The position numbers and the translations under genes are program-made. The notes beneath the pieces were generated by a model. That model had not been told where the DNA came from, made no database searches, and saw nothing but the letters and a program-made list of their open reading frames with translations. Source: Lama glama (Eukaryota). Taken from it: a stretch of 64,000 nt of DNA. How positions within the stretch are numbered: the stretch's first letter is position 1; every line of letters begins with the position of its first letter. The stretch lies in contig CM052817.1 of NCBI GenBank assembly GCA_028534125.1, forward strand, positions 48,920,001-48,984,000, in the 5' to 3' direction. This document shows positions 1 to 13,557 of this stretch, piece by piece.

Positions 1-2697
1 CAGCTATATAAACCTTTTCTAAAATTCATGGCCAGTCATTATCTTCAACCATGTCAGTGCTTTCATCCAGGCATCACCAGTAATTTATATGACTAGTCAG
101 AGGATTAATGGCTTCCGTACTCTTTATCATTTAATAAATTCTTTAATTTCCTTTATTATAAAGAGGGATCACAGCATGTCAAATTGGAAATGTACTTTAT
201 AGATGTCTACCTTATTTCTTTACCTAATTAAAAAAAGAAGGTATTCTGAACTGCCAAAAAGCAACACTTCCTCAATATAAATAAAGTGAAAGTTTTCTTT
301 TGTAGAATGGTAGATTTATCACTTTCACTGGGAGAAATAAATCTTGTACATATAGTTCACTTATTTAGGTCTTTCTTCTTCTTGTTTTAAATTTGGACAT
401 GAGACACAATGGTTCACTTACAGAATCTTGGAAGGATAAACGTGACTTTGACGTGATCCCTTTCAGTACTCTGTAGAAAACATGCTAAAGGGATATGAAG
501 AATGTCAGTAAGGAGAGAAGTTAGGAGCGATTGCAAAAATCCACTAGCGAGACTATGGTGGCCTGGATAGTGTATTGTCAGGGCAGGAGCAGTGAGAAAT
601 AGTTGGATTCAAGATGTGTTGTGAAACTGGCACTTGCAAAGTATAATGTCATATTCGATGTGAGAGTTTAGAGAAAGAGTCGAATCAAGGATAATTTCAA
701 GTGTTTTTCTCATACAACTGGAGGATTGAAGTTCTGAGTTTCTGAGAGGAGGATGAAGACAAAAGGCAGAGATCAGATCTGGAGGTCAGTTGCTGGGTGT
801 TAGATAAGTGTCATATTTAAGTTGTTTGTTGGACAGCCAAGTGAAAAAAGTCAAAATATCACAATAATTCAGTATTTATACATATCTACTTTATGTTCAG
901 AATGGTTATAGAGCACATTTTTCTTGGCCTAATATCCTGTCTGGATTTTTACAATTTACCTAATTGTGTCATCATTAAAAATAAAGATTATCCCTTGTGA
1001 TCCTGATAGAAAATAGTATTTTCTCTGATACTATTTAACTTATATTTTGATTAAGATTTTTACTGTATATATATAGATAGACACACACTGTTGTATTTTA
1101 TTGAATACTCAATGTTTTAGCTGATAATATACATAGTAAAAAGTGCTTTTAGGCCATTAAATAAGGATAATCAACTAAATAGAATCATACAGGAAATATA
1201 GTTTTCATTTTATTTAGAAATAAAGCATCATGCATTTGGTCTAGTATGACATAGATGAGTTACAGTAAAATTATTGATTCATTCATCCACTTGGGTAGAT
1301 CTCAGCATAAATATTGAATGAATAAAGCAAGCTGCAGAATGATATACAATATATTGTAGGCCATGTTTGTGTAAATTTTAAAAACCTCACAAAATCCTTT
1401 TACTTATTTTAAGAGCCGTATATATGCATACTAAAATTATGTAAACAGGCCAATGAAACATATACACAAACTTCAGAATGGCTTACATCTGGGATGTGGA
1501 AAAAGAGAATCAAATCCCTAGGGGAAATTTCTGTTGGGCAGAAAACATTTTATTTCTTTTACTCAAAAACTCAGGTCAATATGGCAAGTTATTTACATTT
1601 GTAAAACATAGGTAGTGGGTCAATGGATTAAAAATTCTTTAAATATTTAAGTCAAAGCAATTTGTTCCTATTTTTAATTACTGAATTCATAACTTAATAC
1701 AGAATCTAACCATATACATAATTTATACTTAGAATTTATTTTAAAAAGCTATGGTAAAGGGCTCCCTCAGATTCTTCTTATGCTGTTCTTTGCAGAAGCA
1801 CGCTCAAAATACAAATCAAAACCAGGCATTTCATTATAGGAGATTTCTGTAAGGAAAACCATGAACATAATTCAGTAAAGTAGAAATTTTTACTTGTAGG
1901 AAATCATCTGATTATTAAGGAGCACGAAGGAAGGATAAAATAAGAAAGGAAAATAAAATGGTCTCGTTTGTAAATAATATTTTACACGGATTCCGTCATT
2001 ATTTCCCAAAGCACCTCATTTAGGAACCTCCTAAATGAGAGAAAATGAAATAACTTGAGTAAGGTCATATCACTATAAAGTGACTTTCCCGACCTGAACT
2101 CTGCCTCTCTGGAACTTCTGCCGTTTAATCTCGGCCTTACCTCCCAGCACTTTAAAGTGTAACTTCAAATCCCTATAGAAAATGGATTCTAGCTACGTCT
2201 TCAATGGGCGGCCAGGTTAGCTGATGATTGTATACACAAATGCTGACACCCCCTCCCCCCCCTTCACAGACGTCACACACTGGCTTCTCTATTTAAAGGG
2301 TAAATCCTTCCATGCAGAGGATGATTATTGGGCATCAATCCTACAGCCAAGAGAAAAAGGGGGTGCTTATTTTCTGTATCATTATCCTCCCATGCAGGCT
2401 AAAAATATTCCTTCAAATCATTGATGATCTTTTTCCCTAGATTTTGTGAAGAAGTTATTTCTACAACTTGCTTAGTGAAGAGAAGCTACTTAGTGTAAGG
2501 CTACTTTGTAAACATTTTTCTGTCTGCCACTCAGAAATACTCGGTTTCTGAAGTCTCGTGACCTAATCGACTGTTTAAGAAATTGTTAAACTCTGGATAT
2601 TTTATGGAATCTTATAATTATAAGATATCACTAAGCATGTTTAGGATTACTTGTATATTTATAATCCAGTTCTGAATATGCTTAGTGAGATATGAAG

Positions 2698-2717
2698 TAT
2701 ATATATATGTGTGTGTG

Positions 2718-2750
<33 letters not shown>
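2698..2750. repeat. (TA)n/(TG)n microsatellite
   Basis: Direct inspection. Confidence 0.9.
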
Positions 2751-3414
2751 TTAGTTCCATAAGCCATACATGCTTTCAGCACTGAAGGACTGTGTTTTTT
2801 GCACACTTTTTAGCTCTACAAACTAAGCACAATGCTTTAAACATACAGTACCATCATTTCAGAAATATATAAATTATCCAGCCCTGGTCTTAGTGAAAAT
2901 ATATATTAGTCTAACAAATTTGGAAAATTCTTCAGGGAAAAATTTTACAATCTCCAGGAATAATACTTTATCTAAAGATTTCTGTTTATATAATATCCCT
3001 CCTGTTTGAATAAAACAGTTTGAAACTACCCCCCTGAATCTGCCCCATGTAGCTGGAAATTAGGCTCTATGAGACTATTCTTCACATTTCTGATGAAAAT
3101 TATTATAATGTATGCTATACACAAAGTTAAAATTCCTATTTTTCCTTTGTTCTCCTTGCTTCATCTTCCTTAAATTTTTTCCTTAAAGAATTAATTAATT
3201 CAATGATATTCAAATGCATCAATTCTCCGATTCACATTTTCCCTATATCTCTGAAATTCCATTTCAAATGTCTTTACAGTATAATTTTGGTAAAAAAAAT
3301 TTTAAAAAGTAATACATTTTTTCACACAGAAAGTCACGAAACAGATCAAAGCATTTCATGGTGCAGGACTATCATAAAGACTTAGATTAATTGCCTGCAT
3401 ATTATCCATCTATG

Positions 3415-3462
3415 CCTGTCTGTCTGTCTATCTATCTATCTACATATCTACCATCTATCTAT
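3415..3462. repeat. (TCTG)n(TCTA)n microsatellite
   Basis: Direct inspection. Confidence 0.85.
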
Positions 3463-6400
3463 TTAGTGGAACTTAAAATAACAGTGTGCTTAGGTGAAAT
3501 ATGGACAAATGATAAGATAATTTCCCTTCTTTACTTGTATCTAAACCCTGAACTATAAAATTTGATAAGCTAAATGAAGTTGTTTTTCCCTTGAACAAAT
3601 GACCTACTGTTGTCAGCAACAACTACTCTGACCCCACTAGAAACCTGCTGAAAATAAATGTTTGTATATAAAGGAAATAAATTCTAGCAACAATGGTCAA
3701 ATCAACTTACTAGGGACAAATGAAGCTCTGGGTTGCACAACTATCAGAGTTTATCTTCACATGAAGAAAACAACACTTTTAATTTTAGCAATAAAGACAT
3801 AAGTTCAAGTAAAGAGATTATATGAGTACATGAAGTAGTTAATAGAAAATTTTGAAGCAAGGGTGTATAGAAAATGCATTAAATTTGTTGGACCAATTAT
3901 TTAATAGTTACAGGCTAATATTTAACACAGAATAAAATGCTATAGAATTACAAATTATACGTTGAAATTAAATAACCATACAATATTAACATGTAAGAAT
4001 ACTTTCCAAGATACCACAGAGAGCTTAGCTTTTGACTTCAACATTTCTTTCATCTACTTCCCAATTTATTAAGTAATTGCAAATTAAAAACAGTTGTTAT
4101 CTATTTAGGGTACAATAAATATAATTCCTGTAAGGAACTTAATTTCTATTTCTGGTATAATTGATACATTTTTCATCCTGCAGAAAATACCTAAAAAAGA
4201 ATAGATATAGTTAAATCATTTTAAGAGTATTACCTGATTTCCAAGTTTAGTGATAGGTGAGTCTTTCTAATATGATCTGAGACTCAGTCCCATGGCTATT
4301 TAAATTCTTTTTGTACTTAAGGTGCAGCTGTTATCTTTATTCATGTCAATCTTTTCATTCAAGCATCACTAGAACTTTAGATCATCAGTCAAATAATTAA
4401 TCACTTCCATCTCCAGAAAATTTTAATCTGTCTATTATAATGAGGAATCACAACAAATCTAGGTTGAAATATCTGTTAATGCTATTTTAAATAGATATCT
4501 CAGAGTCTAAAAGATATCTCAGTGTTTTCTCTACACAAATAAAGTGAAATATGACCTCAGTAGAAGAGTTGTTTTTTCTTGCTGGAAAGAAGCTTTTATT
4601 AATATCAGATTCATATATTTAACTCTTCCTTGGTCATAATTTGGACAAAATTTATATGACAACCAGCAGTATCTTAAAATAATGAGATCTGATGAACATT
4701 TTCATATGACTGTTTTGAGTTTTACACTAAAAAAGTACTAGATGGGGGTAGGAGGTATACAGTGATAGAAGCAGAGAGGCAGATTAGAAGGTTGCTGCAA
4801 AAATCTAGGAGAGATATGTCGGACACGGTGATGCCAGTATAGGGGTGCTGATTAATGACTAGATTCTGGGTAATTTAAAGTTTCTGCTTCCTAGATTTTT
4901 TGAAAGATCAGATGTAAAATTTTGGAAAAAGAGAGAAATCAAGGATGATAACAAGTGTTCAGTCTTCAGCAAATGAAAGAAATAATGTTGACATTTACTG
5001 AAAAACGATGGAAAGAGTAGGTTGAGTAGGAGGAAGATCGTGAACTCAGTACTTGACAGATGTAGTATTTAAGATGCTCATTGAACACCTACATGGGAAA
5101 GTCAGGTAGGTGGTTGAATACATGAGTCTAGAATTCAGAGGATGTATCCAGGCTTTAGATGAAGATTTGGAAACCATCAGCATGTCAATATTTGTATGGT
5201 ATTTAAATACAAGATGAGATGAGACCAATGAGGATATAAATACAGATTATCTTAACATTTGGTACTCATTCCAAGCAGTTGATGAATATATCTCTTGAAG
5301 CCCTGACCTGTTCACAAAAATCAATACATGTCAGGAAAGGATATATAGTCGACCATCTGGCAATCATTGAAGAAGGATGTGGTCCTTGGAGTTGATACCA
5401 GAGAAAAACAGCAAAGGTGTTAACATCCTGAAGAACAGATGAGAATAATTACATGTTTGTAGAAGCCGACTCCCCCAAGCAATGGCGTTATATAATTTTC
5501 CAGTGGCTAAATAGAACACGATAAAGCAAAGAAATTTATAAAATGAAAATAAACACACACAGAGAACCCTGCAAATGTATTTTAACATTGATCAAAAGAA
5601 GGCAGACCCCTAAATGGTGTATATGGTAGTATTTTTTGTTGTAAAAAGCTCAAAAATAGACAAACCTGAGCAATATTATTTTAAGAAATTCATCAGAGGC
5701 AGTAAAATTAAAAAGAAAAACAGCATTATCTTAACCCACTAGATAGTTTTAAACTTTAGAGATAAAGAAAGGAATGGCTTGATAAAAGGACACATAAAAA
5801 ATATCTGAGGTCTTATACATGTTTTATAACTTGATATGAAATTTCTAGGTTTTGGTGGTTACATCTTTGTTTGCTTTAGGATTATTTACTATAATGTACA
5901 CTTAAGGGGCTTTTTGAATCCGTCATTGAAGTCACCAAAAAAAAAAAAGAGCCTTAAATGTACAATTAACAAGATTTTTGATAAATTGAATGTAATAAAC
6001 GGGGGAGACAAAGAAAGTGAAGAAGTTCCCAATCTTCTGGTTTGGATGAATTTCCTACATCTCAAACCTGATGCCTGTCTTCTCACTCTCAGTGGTTTGT
6101 TCGTCACAAAGGACATGATATCAATTCAAAACATTCACACTTAGCTTTCACTCAATCTAACCTCTTTCAATGCAGAAAAGAACTGAGGAAAAAACCCAAA
6201 TATTACTGTAATGATAGCTACAACTCAAATTTCACCACAATTGATGGACCAGAATATTCTATGGTACTTTGTAATAAAAGCAGAGAAGGTAAACCTTCCT
6301 CTGTGATAAAATGTCATGTTTATTTAAAAATGCCAAATTTTTCTTAGGTTAAATACTTTCTTTCATTCCATGAAAAGCTCAATAAAAGACTATATCCCAA

Positions 6401-6934
6401 ATCATTACACCATATAATATTTCATTATTCATTATGATTTTATGAGGTTTTATAGCCTCTTATATTTACATTTTAGTTTATTTTCTTTATCTTCCTGTTG
6501 TGTTTTATCTGCTCACATTTATAAATTTTTCATAAGGCTTCAATATATACCAAAGAAAAAAGCCTGAGTCTTGACAATATAATTATTAAAGCTGACTACA
6601 ATGTGTGATCACAGATTTACCATAAAATATTCAGAAGTGAATATCAAAGATATATGAAATAAATGACACCATTATTGGTCTTACTTTTAGATTATTGGCC
6701 AAGTCAAATTAAAATTAGCCCCTATTTGACTCTTGGAGATGGAAGCAAATTTATCTCAAATAAACAATTCTACCAAGATAGTTTCTCATTTTTTTGAAAT
6801 CTGTGTCCTCATGGTTACACACATTAATATTCTGGTTCAATGTAAGATAGGGGGCAAAATTATACACAGAAGAAATGTTCACAAGAAATTATTTCGTATG
6901 TAGATATGCAGATTTGTAAAACTCTCTTCCTTCA

Positions 6935-7800
6935 TTCCTTGATTTCTTTATTTATTCTGTTCTTTCTCCTTTTCTCCCCCAAATATTTACTGATCACCCA
7001 ATGTGTCTCAGACATTGTTGTAGACTGTGATAACAATGTGAATAAGACACAGAAATTCCTGTCTTTATTGGGCTTATATTTTTGTGGAGGTTGGGTGAGG
7101 GTGACAATAAAGACAAATGCACGAATCAATAAAAAGCTAAAAAGAGATAGCTACTATGAAAAAAGAAGCCAGTGACAGAACATGAAACAACTGGGTTGGT
7201 GGAGGGAACTTAATTAGACAGGGTATTTAGGAACAACTATTCTGAAACAGGATATTTATCTGAGATCCAAAGGTAGCAAGGTGCCCTGTCATTCCTAGAG
7301 CAGTGAAGAGGTTCTTGCATAAGATCAAACAGAACATGGTTGAAAAAAGAAAGGAAGCCCTTGTGCAGTAAGCATAGAGTGAGGTGGGGAATGTGATAGG
7401 AAATGAGGTCAGACAAGTTGTTAGTCAGAGCAGGTAAGTCTTGTATGGATGGTGAAGGGTTTAGAATGTATTCTATGTTAATGGAGAAAACATTGGAGGC
7501 TTTTAAGGAGAGAAGGGATATGATTTGAATAATGTTTGGTTTAATACATGACTGTGACTGCTGAGTGGATAACGTGTGCGAGGGGGGTGTGTGGGGGAGA
7601 GTGGATGGTGGAATTATCTTGGAGTAAAAGCAGAAACAAGTCAATCAGTTAGGATGCTTTCCCATTATTCCTAAGAGATGACAACAGCTTGAACTAGGCT
7701 CAAAGCCACGGAGAAGTTTAGAAGTAATTGGATATAGAGGTTTATTTTGGAGGTAAGTCAAAATGGATTTGCTGACTGGGTATATGGGAAAGTAAAAGAC
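6935..7800 (-). mobile_element. L2 LINE fragment (representative; similar remnants at ~400-860, 4690-5240, 11950-12300 and 46260-47080)
   Basis: Degenerate L2 3'-end text (aaatatttactga...cctgtctttattgggcttatatt...ggaggcttttaag). Confidence 0.6.
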
Positions 7801-8937
7801 AGATGCATGGATGGCACATTTGAATCACCCTTTAAGTCATGGATGGCATAATTAACGTGTTGTTCTTTATAAATTAAGCACATTCAGGGGTTATACTAAT
7901 TATGACCAAAATTATACTTGTGTAGTAAAAATCTATTACATTCAAAAGCAATACTAAGATTACCCTAAAGTAGTTACACAACCAAACTCCCAGCCAGGGT
8001 GATCGATGGCTGTTTCTATCCCTCCTGTGGTGGTTTTCATTCAGCCATCTCATCACGTGTCTAAATTCTTTTGACAGTCTCCTACCTGTCCCTCTTATTA
8101 GGACTTTATTTTCTCTCTCCATTCCCTCCTTAACACTTCCATAGCCTATGCTGCAAATAACACGTATGATCATGTCATTTTTCTGCTTAACAAATTATGT
8201 TATGATTGCCTATTTATATTTCTCTAAAATGAGGCAATGAACTCTTAAGAATAATGCCCTCTCAGTCTCTGTGTGTCATGTACTTGATGGATAGTGTGTG
8301 GGCAATCCCCATCAGGTAAATAATTGATAAGGTTAAACTTGATTGTCTATGCTTGGACTCATTATTACCTAAAATGACACTTAGAGCAGAAATTCATGCT
8401 GTTGTTATTCAATTCTTCTAGACTTTATTTCCAGGAATTCAAGTGTCGACTGTAAAGTGACCCCTGTTGGGGGTCTGCTCAATATACACTGAGTGAGAAT
8501 GTGTCGTACCGTTATCCCCAGTTTTTAATTCTCACATGAAGTTTGATTCTCTGTCTTTGCCTACCTGGCATTTCTAATTAGATGATTTTCTGTCACTTCT
8601 TGCATTTCAAAATTGACAGAACTAAATTGTGTTCCTCATTTATTTTTCCTCTCCTGGAAAAACAAAGCAGAAATCCACGTAACAAGCAAACAGTAATGGA
8701 CCATCTTCTCTCTTATGGTTTGCCTATTGTTTTTCCACTTTTGTTTGGTAAAACAGTCGAGAAACCCTGTATTCCTCTTTTCTTCCTTTCTACCCTTAGA
8801 AAGGTCTGTCTTATCAGACCAGCCATCGACAATTATTTAGTTTTCTTCTAAGTCACTTTTTTTCTCACTATTTCTTTTTATTTGCGTTGTCACTAACCAA
8901 GGTTTTTAAAGTGGTATTCTCAGTTTTAGTTTCTTCT

Positions 8938-9213
8938 TGTCAACTGGAAAACACACAGTCTAAAGGTTGAGAATTATGTTTTATTTGGTGGACTTTCTGA
9001 GGACTTCAAGCCCAGGAGGCAGCTTCTCAGATAACTCTGAGGGACTGCTCCAAAGAGGTAAGGGAGGGGCCAGGATATACAGGGGTTTTTGCAACAAGGA
9101 CCAGGTACTCAGAACATCAGAATATTACTGTGATTTAAAGAAAACCAGATGACTGAAGTTAATGAATTTAGCACTTTGTCTACTGATATGGCAGGCAATA
9201 TTTTTCATTCACA
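8938..9213. mobile_element. Solo LTR-like fragment
   Basis: TG...CA bounded block with ERV LTR-like text (ataactctgagggactgctccaaagagg). Confidence 0.55.
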
Positions 9214-10734
9214 TTCTCTTTCAATACAGAACACACACTCTCTCTATATTATTATTGCAAAAATAATACTTTAATTTCATCCTTCTTTGATCAGAAAATT
9301 CTTACTGGTTGCCCAATGCTTAAGGGCCCTGTGATTATGTGTGATGTGTAACCATACTCTCAAGCCACTGAAATTTAAATAATCTTTTTGGAGTATCCTT
9401 TAAAATGCCTGTAATTCTTTTCAGCTTTATCAACATTTGGCCAGAGATAGGCTACTTTTTTTAAGTTTCAAAAAACTTCCAGGTTTATTTTTGAGTAAAA
9501 GGTCTTCCTTAGAATTTGGAGGATTTTGTTTTGTGTGTAAAAATGGATAAAATTTTCTAGAAATTAGTTAGATCAAGTTTTCATGTCTTCTTTTTCTATG
9601 ATATAAAGGTCAGTTCTTCTCAATCTTGACTGCGCTTTGGAATTATCTTCGGAACATGAAAAAATTACCATTATTTAGATCCATCCCACCAATTAGAATT
9701 TTTGTGTGAGCCTTGATAAAGAAGATATTTAAGAGAGTTATTCAAATACACAGTCAGCGTTGATGGTGAGATCGGCAAATATTATATGCTATCAAAATAT
9801 CAATTTTTGATACTAGAAAGAATACTTTGCCATACCTGGCAACTGTATACTGTTGAATGCAAGTAACCTATTTATATTAAATATTTGTTCATTTGCCAAA
9901 CCTTTTTAAGGTAACCACTGTGTAGCAGGCTCTGTTACTGGATGATTTGGAGGTAGGGCAACTGGGCTACAATCACAGAGGCTTAAGTGTATCAGGTGCT
10001 TTTAGATATTGTGTCTTTCCTTAGGCTCAACACATTTTTAATAGGTTGAGATTATTACGCCTATTTTTCAGAGTCTGGAAGTTTGTTTTAGAGAGGTTAA
10101 GTGCCTAATGTCATGAAGCCAGAACACAGATCTAGGACATGCTTTTTTGTCTCTAGTACCCAGTCTATTAACTTGTACTCTCTGAGAGGAGCTACTTCTG
10201 ATTCTGAAGGAATAAAAATAAACAAATATCTTACCAAATCATACAGGTATTCCTTGGGGGCAGTTACTGCAGTGGATTTATCTTTGTTGCCCTAAGGTCT
10301 AGCAGCATGCCTGGACCCAAGCAGATGTCATGTGAATGTTTGTTGAGTTCAAGTGAACCTGTGGGTACTGATGGCTAGCAGTGGAACAATGTGTCCTCTC
10401 TAAAGGGTTAGCTGTCTTTTAACAGGAAATCTCTAGAGAAACATTGCAGTGTCAGCCATGAGAGATGGATTTTTTTTTTGTAATGCAGGCGTCTGACAAG
10501 ATTTGATTGAGGCATCCACTTCAGAGAGCCATTCACTTTAAAGGTGACTGTCTTGAATGAATGCATTGCCAGTCACAGGACAGCTGAGGAGCTAGCCTCC
10601 CCACCCTACACCCCCACACTCATTTGTTTTAGATATATTAGTAGATTTCAATAACCGACCATTCGGACCACTTGTTTTTTCTCTTTCAGTGAGCTTTAAA
10701 CTTTTGCTGTTATGTTTTAAATTCACCAATAAAG

Positions 10735-11685
10735 AGCAAACAACCCAGCCCACAAGTGGGAAGAAGATTTAAATCAGCAATTCTCCAATGAAGACATGCG
10801 CATGGCCAATAGGCACATGAAAAAATGCTCAATATCGCTAATTATGAGAGAAATGCAAATCAAAACTACGATGAGGTATCACCTCACACCACTCAGAATA
10901 GCCATCGTTCAAAAGTCCACAAGTGATAAATGCTGGAGAGGCTGTGGAGAAAAGGGAACCCTCCTACATTTGCGATGGGAATGTAGTTTGGTGCAGCAAT
11001 TATGGAAAATAGTAGGGAGATTCCTCAAAAATCTGAAAATTGACCTTACCATATGATCCAGCAATCCCACTCCTGGGCATATACCCAGAGCAAACTCTAA
11101 TGTGAAAAGATACATGTACCCCAATGTTTATAGCAGCACCATTTACAATAGCCAAGACATGGAAGCAATTTAAATGTCCATTGATAGATGACTGGGTATA
11201 GAAGTTGTGGTATATTTATACAATGGGATACTACTAAGCCATAAAAAAGAATAAAATGCCATTTTCAGCAACATGGATGAACCTAGAGATCATCATTCTA
11301 AGTGAAGTAAGCCAGAAAGAGAAAGAAAAATACCATATGATATCATTCATATGTGGAATCTAAAAAAAAAAAAAAAAAGACACAATGAACTCATCTACAA
11401 AACAGAAACAGACTTGCAGAAATAGTAAACAATCTTATGGTTACCAGGGAAAGGAGGTGGGAAGGGATAAAGTTGGTAGTTTGAGATTTACAAATGTTAG
11501 CCACTATATATTAAAAAAAGATTTTAAAAAAAGCTTCTACTATATAGCACAGGGGACTGTGTTCAATATCTTGTAATAACCTTTAATGAAAACAAACATA
11601 TGTATGTATATGCCTGACTAGGATATTGTGCTGTACACCAGAAATTGACACATTATTACTGATGGTACTTCAATTAAAAAAAAAA
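10735..11685 (+). mobile_element. 5'-truncated LINE-1 (ORF2 C-terminus, 3' UTR, poly(A))
   Basis: Translation [26 protein letters not shown]...[14 protein letters not shown] is the L1 ORF2p C-terminal region; poly(A) at ~11676-11685. Confidence 0.93.
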
Positions 11686-12539
11686 GTGTTTGAGATGGTG
11701 AAGTCATACAGTCAAAGGAACTTAGATTTTTGTTTCACTATTTGAAGGGAAGGCTCCTCACAGAACAAGCCAACTTCCATTGGGCTGTGGTGTAATTAAA
11801 AAATAATTATTTATTGCATTAAGCTGCTGAGATTTGGGGGTTCTATGTTGCAACAATTAGCTTATTTTAATTAACATTTGAGAGAAGACCTGAGATAAAC
11901 AAATGCATTAAATCACAGAGGTAATGGAAGGTCCCACTATCAGGGTTAGAGATTAGGCATTAATTCTGATATGGAAGTCACGTAGCTCTTTAGAGGTGGG
12001 GAAGTGACATGATCTGACATAGGGTAGAAGGAGATAATGGATGGACAAGGCTATTTGCAGAGGCATCCAGTAGGGAGCTGTTATGGTACTCCAAGTCAAA
12101 AATGATGATGGCTTTAGCCAGATGGTAGCAGTGGAAATGGTCAGAATTTGTTAGATTCTGCTTGTCTTCCAAAGGTAGAGCTGACATTATATACTGACAT
12201 CTTGGATGTGATTTATGAATGAAAAGAATGGGTCAAGGGTGACTCCAAGTTTTATGTGATAATTTCCTGAGATGAGAATGAATCAGCTGGAAGAAGCAGC
12301 TTTCCATATGCCTGGTGACACATTAATTTCAGCCCTGTAAACTTGATTTTGGACTTCCTGTAATTTTTATTTGTATAAGCCACCAACTTGGCAACTTTTT
12401 GCAATAGCCAGAAGAAACCAGTACACCCATCATGTTTAACTTTAAGTTAGTTTGTGTTCTCTTCTAATTTCTAATTAATTTAATCTAATTTCTAGTCTTC
12501 TAAAGTTCTAATTCCACAGTTTCTTGGTGTGCTTTCTGA

Positions 12540-12750
12540 TTCTGCCTGACACATTTTTAGCTGTGAAATCTTTGACCAATCATTCATCTTCTCTGTTACT
12601 TGGTTTCCTAATATTTAAAATGGGACTAATAATAGTATCTATTTATACGGTTATTATAAGAGCTTAATAAGTTTATATTGGTTAGAAGCCTAGAACAGTG
12701 CCTAGCACTGGAAATTACTATGTAAGTTGACACTAGATAAATGTTTTAAA
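12540..12750 (+). mobile_element. MIR SINE remnant
   Basis: tagctgtgaaatctttgacc...tttcctaatatttaaaatgggactaataatagta...agaacagtgcctagcac core. Confidence 0.65.
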
Positions 12751-12939
12751 AAGTAGGTGAAACATCTTGGGGGAAAGGAAATGGAGAGAAAGCCATGAAT
12801 GAGGCTTATCTTTGCTTTGACTACCTTCTGTCCACTTTGGAAATAAAAGATTAAAAACATTCCATTTGGGTTGTATTTTTTAGACAGTTTTCATTCAAAA
12901 GAAAGGCACATACTGCTGTCATATGTTTAAATCTCTGTC

Positions 12940-13557
12940 AATTATTATTTACATATTTAGGAAGTAGCCTTTAAAAATTGTGAATTGGAAAAATTATACC
13001 ATAAACCTCATTTCTGTATAAATTCAGTCCAATGGAAAAATATAACAAACCAACCAATACTGTGAGACTGGTATTTTTAATATAACAGAATGAAATTCTT
13101 TGGAAAAGAGAATAAACTTTCAGAGATTTCACTGATTTCTGTACCAATTGCTCCTGCAAAAGGAAAATAACATATTAGTTTTGTATAATAAATACCAAAT
13201 TACTTACAGAAAATTGCTTTTTTTTTTTTTGCTTCATGATTTTAATCTTAATGATTTTAAAGGACTATATTGAATGGTCATCTACAAATCCATGCTACAA
13301 TTAAAAGACATATAAGAGAATCAAGCTCATTTTCCTTTATCTTCTTACAGATATTCATTCGTGTAACAATGAATTCACTTAAAAATGCAATGTAAATTCA
13401 ATGTTTTATTTGCATGCATGGATATATTTATTATACAGGATTTTTTTTGTGGAGATGTTGGGTTCAGATCAACAGTGTCCTGATACTGAATGATTTGAAG
13501 TAGAATTCCTTCTCTGCCTTAGGGACTTTGCCAGAAAAGTAGCACTCTTTCCTTCAC
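12940..13557 (-). other. PRR27: PRR27 3' UTR terminal exon region (two candidate acceptors)
   Basis: Acceptor cataacag at 13558 followed by AATAAA at 13427-13432 and 13405-13410; a second, stronger acceptor tttccttttgcag at 13154. Confidence 0.5.

Larger units (their letters stand above)
1715..4305 (-). pseudogene. Unassigned SCPP-like transcription unit or decayed gene (candidate)
   Basis: TTTAAATAG box at ~4296-4304; exon ~4234-4275 ending GGAAATCAG|gtaat; 45-nt exon 1986-2030 starting GAG GTT CCT AAA TGA; terminal acceptor at 1847 and AATAAA at 1735-1740. No intact signal-peptide exon found. Confidence 0.4.

Noticed and set aside
2949..3114. Possible large coding exon of the candidate SCPP remnant
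   Set aside because: AG/GT-bounded but 166 nt long, with stops in the frames I read and no convincing P/Q-rich composition.
1..4230. ODAM coding exons
   Set aside because: No ODAM-type MK..ILLG.LGAT.SAP signal exon is visible; ATGAAAACTATATTT near 1207 stops after 7 codons. ODAM is presumably beyond the left edge.
10796..11576. ORFs of 63-86 aa as host genes
   Set aside because: They are disrupted LINE-1 ORF2 and 3' UTR sequence.
12971..13159. 62-aa ORF as the normal PRR27 C-terminus or a separate gene
   Set aside because: A well-formed upstream exon (14659-14707) already supplies the stop, so this is most likely 3' UTR.
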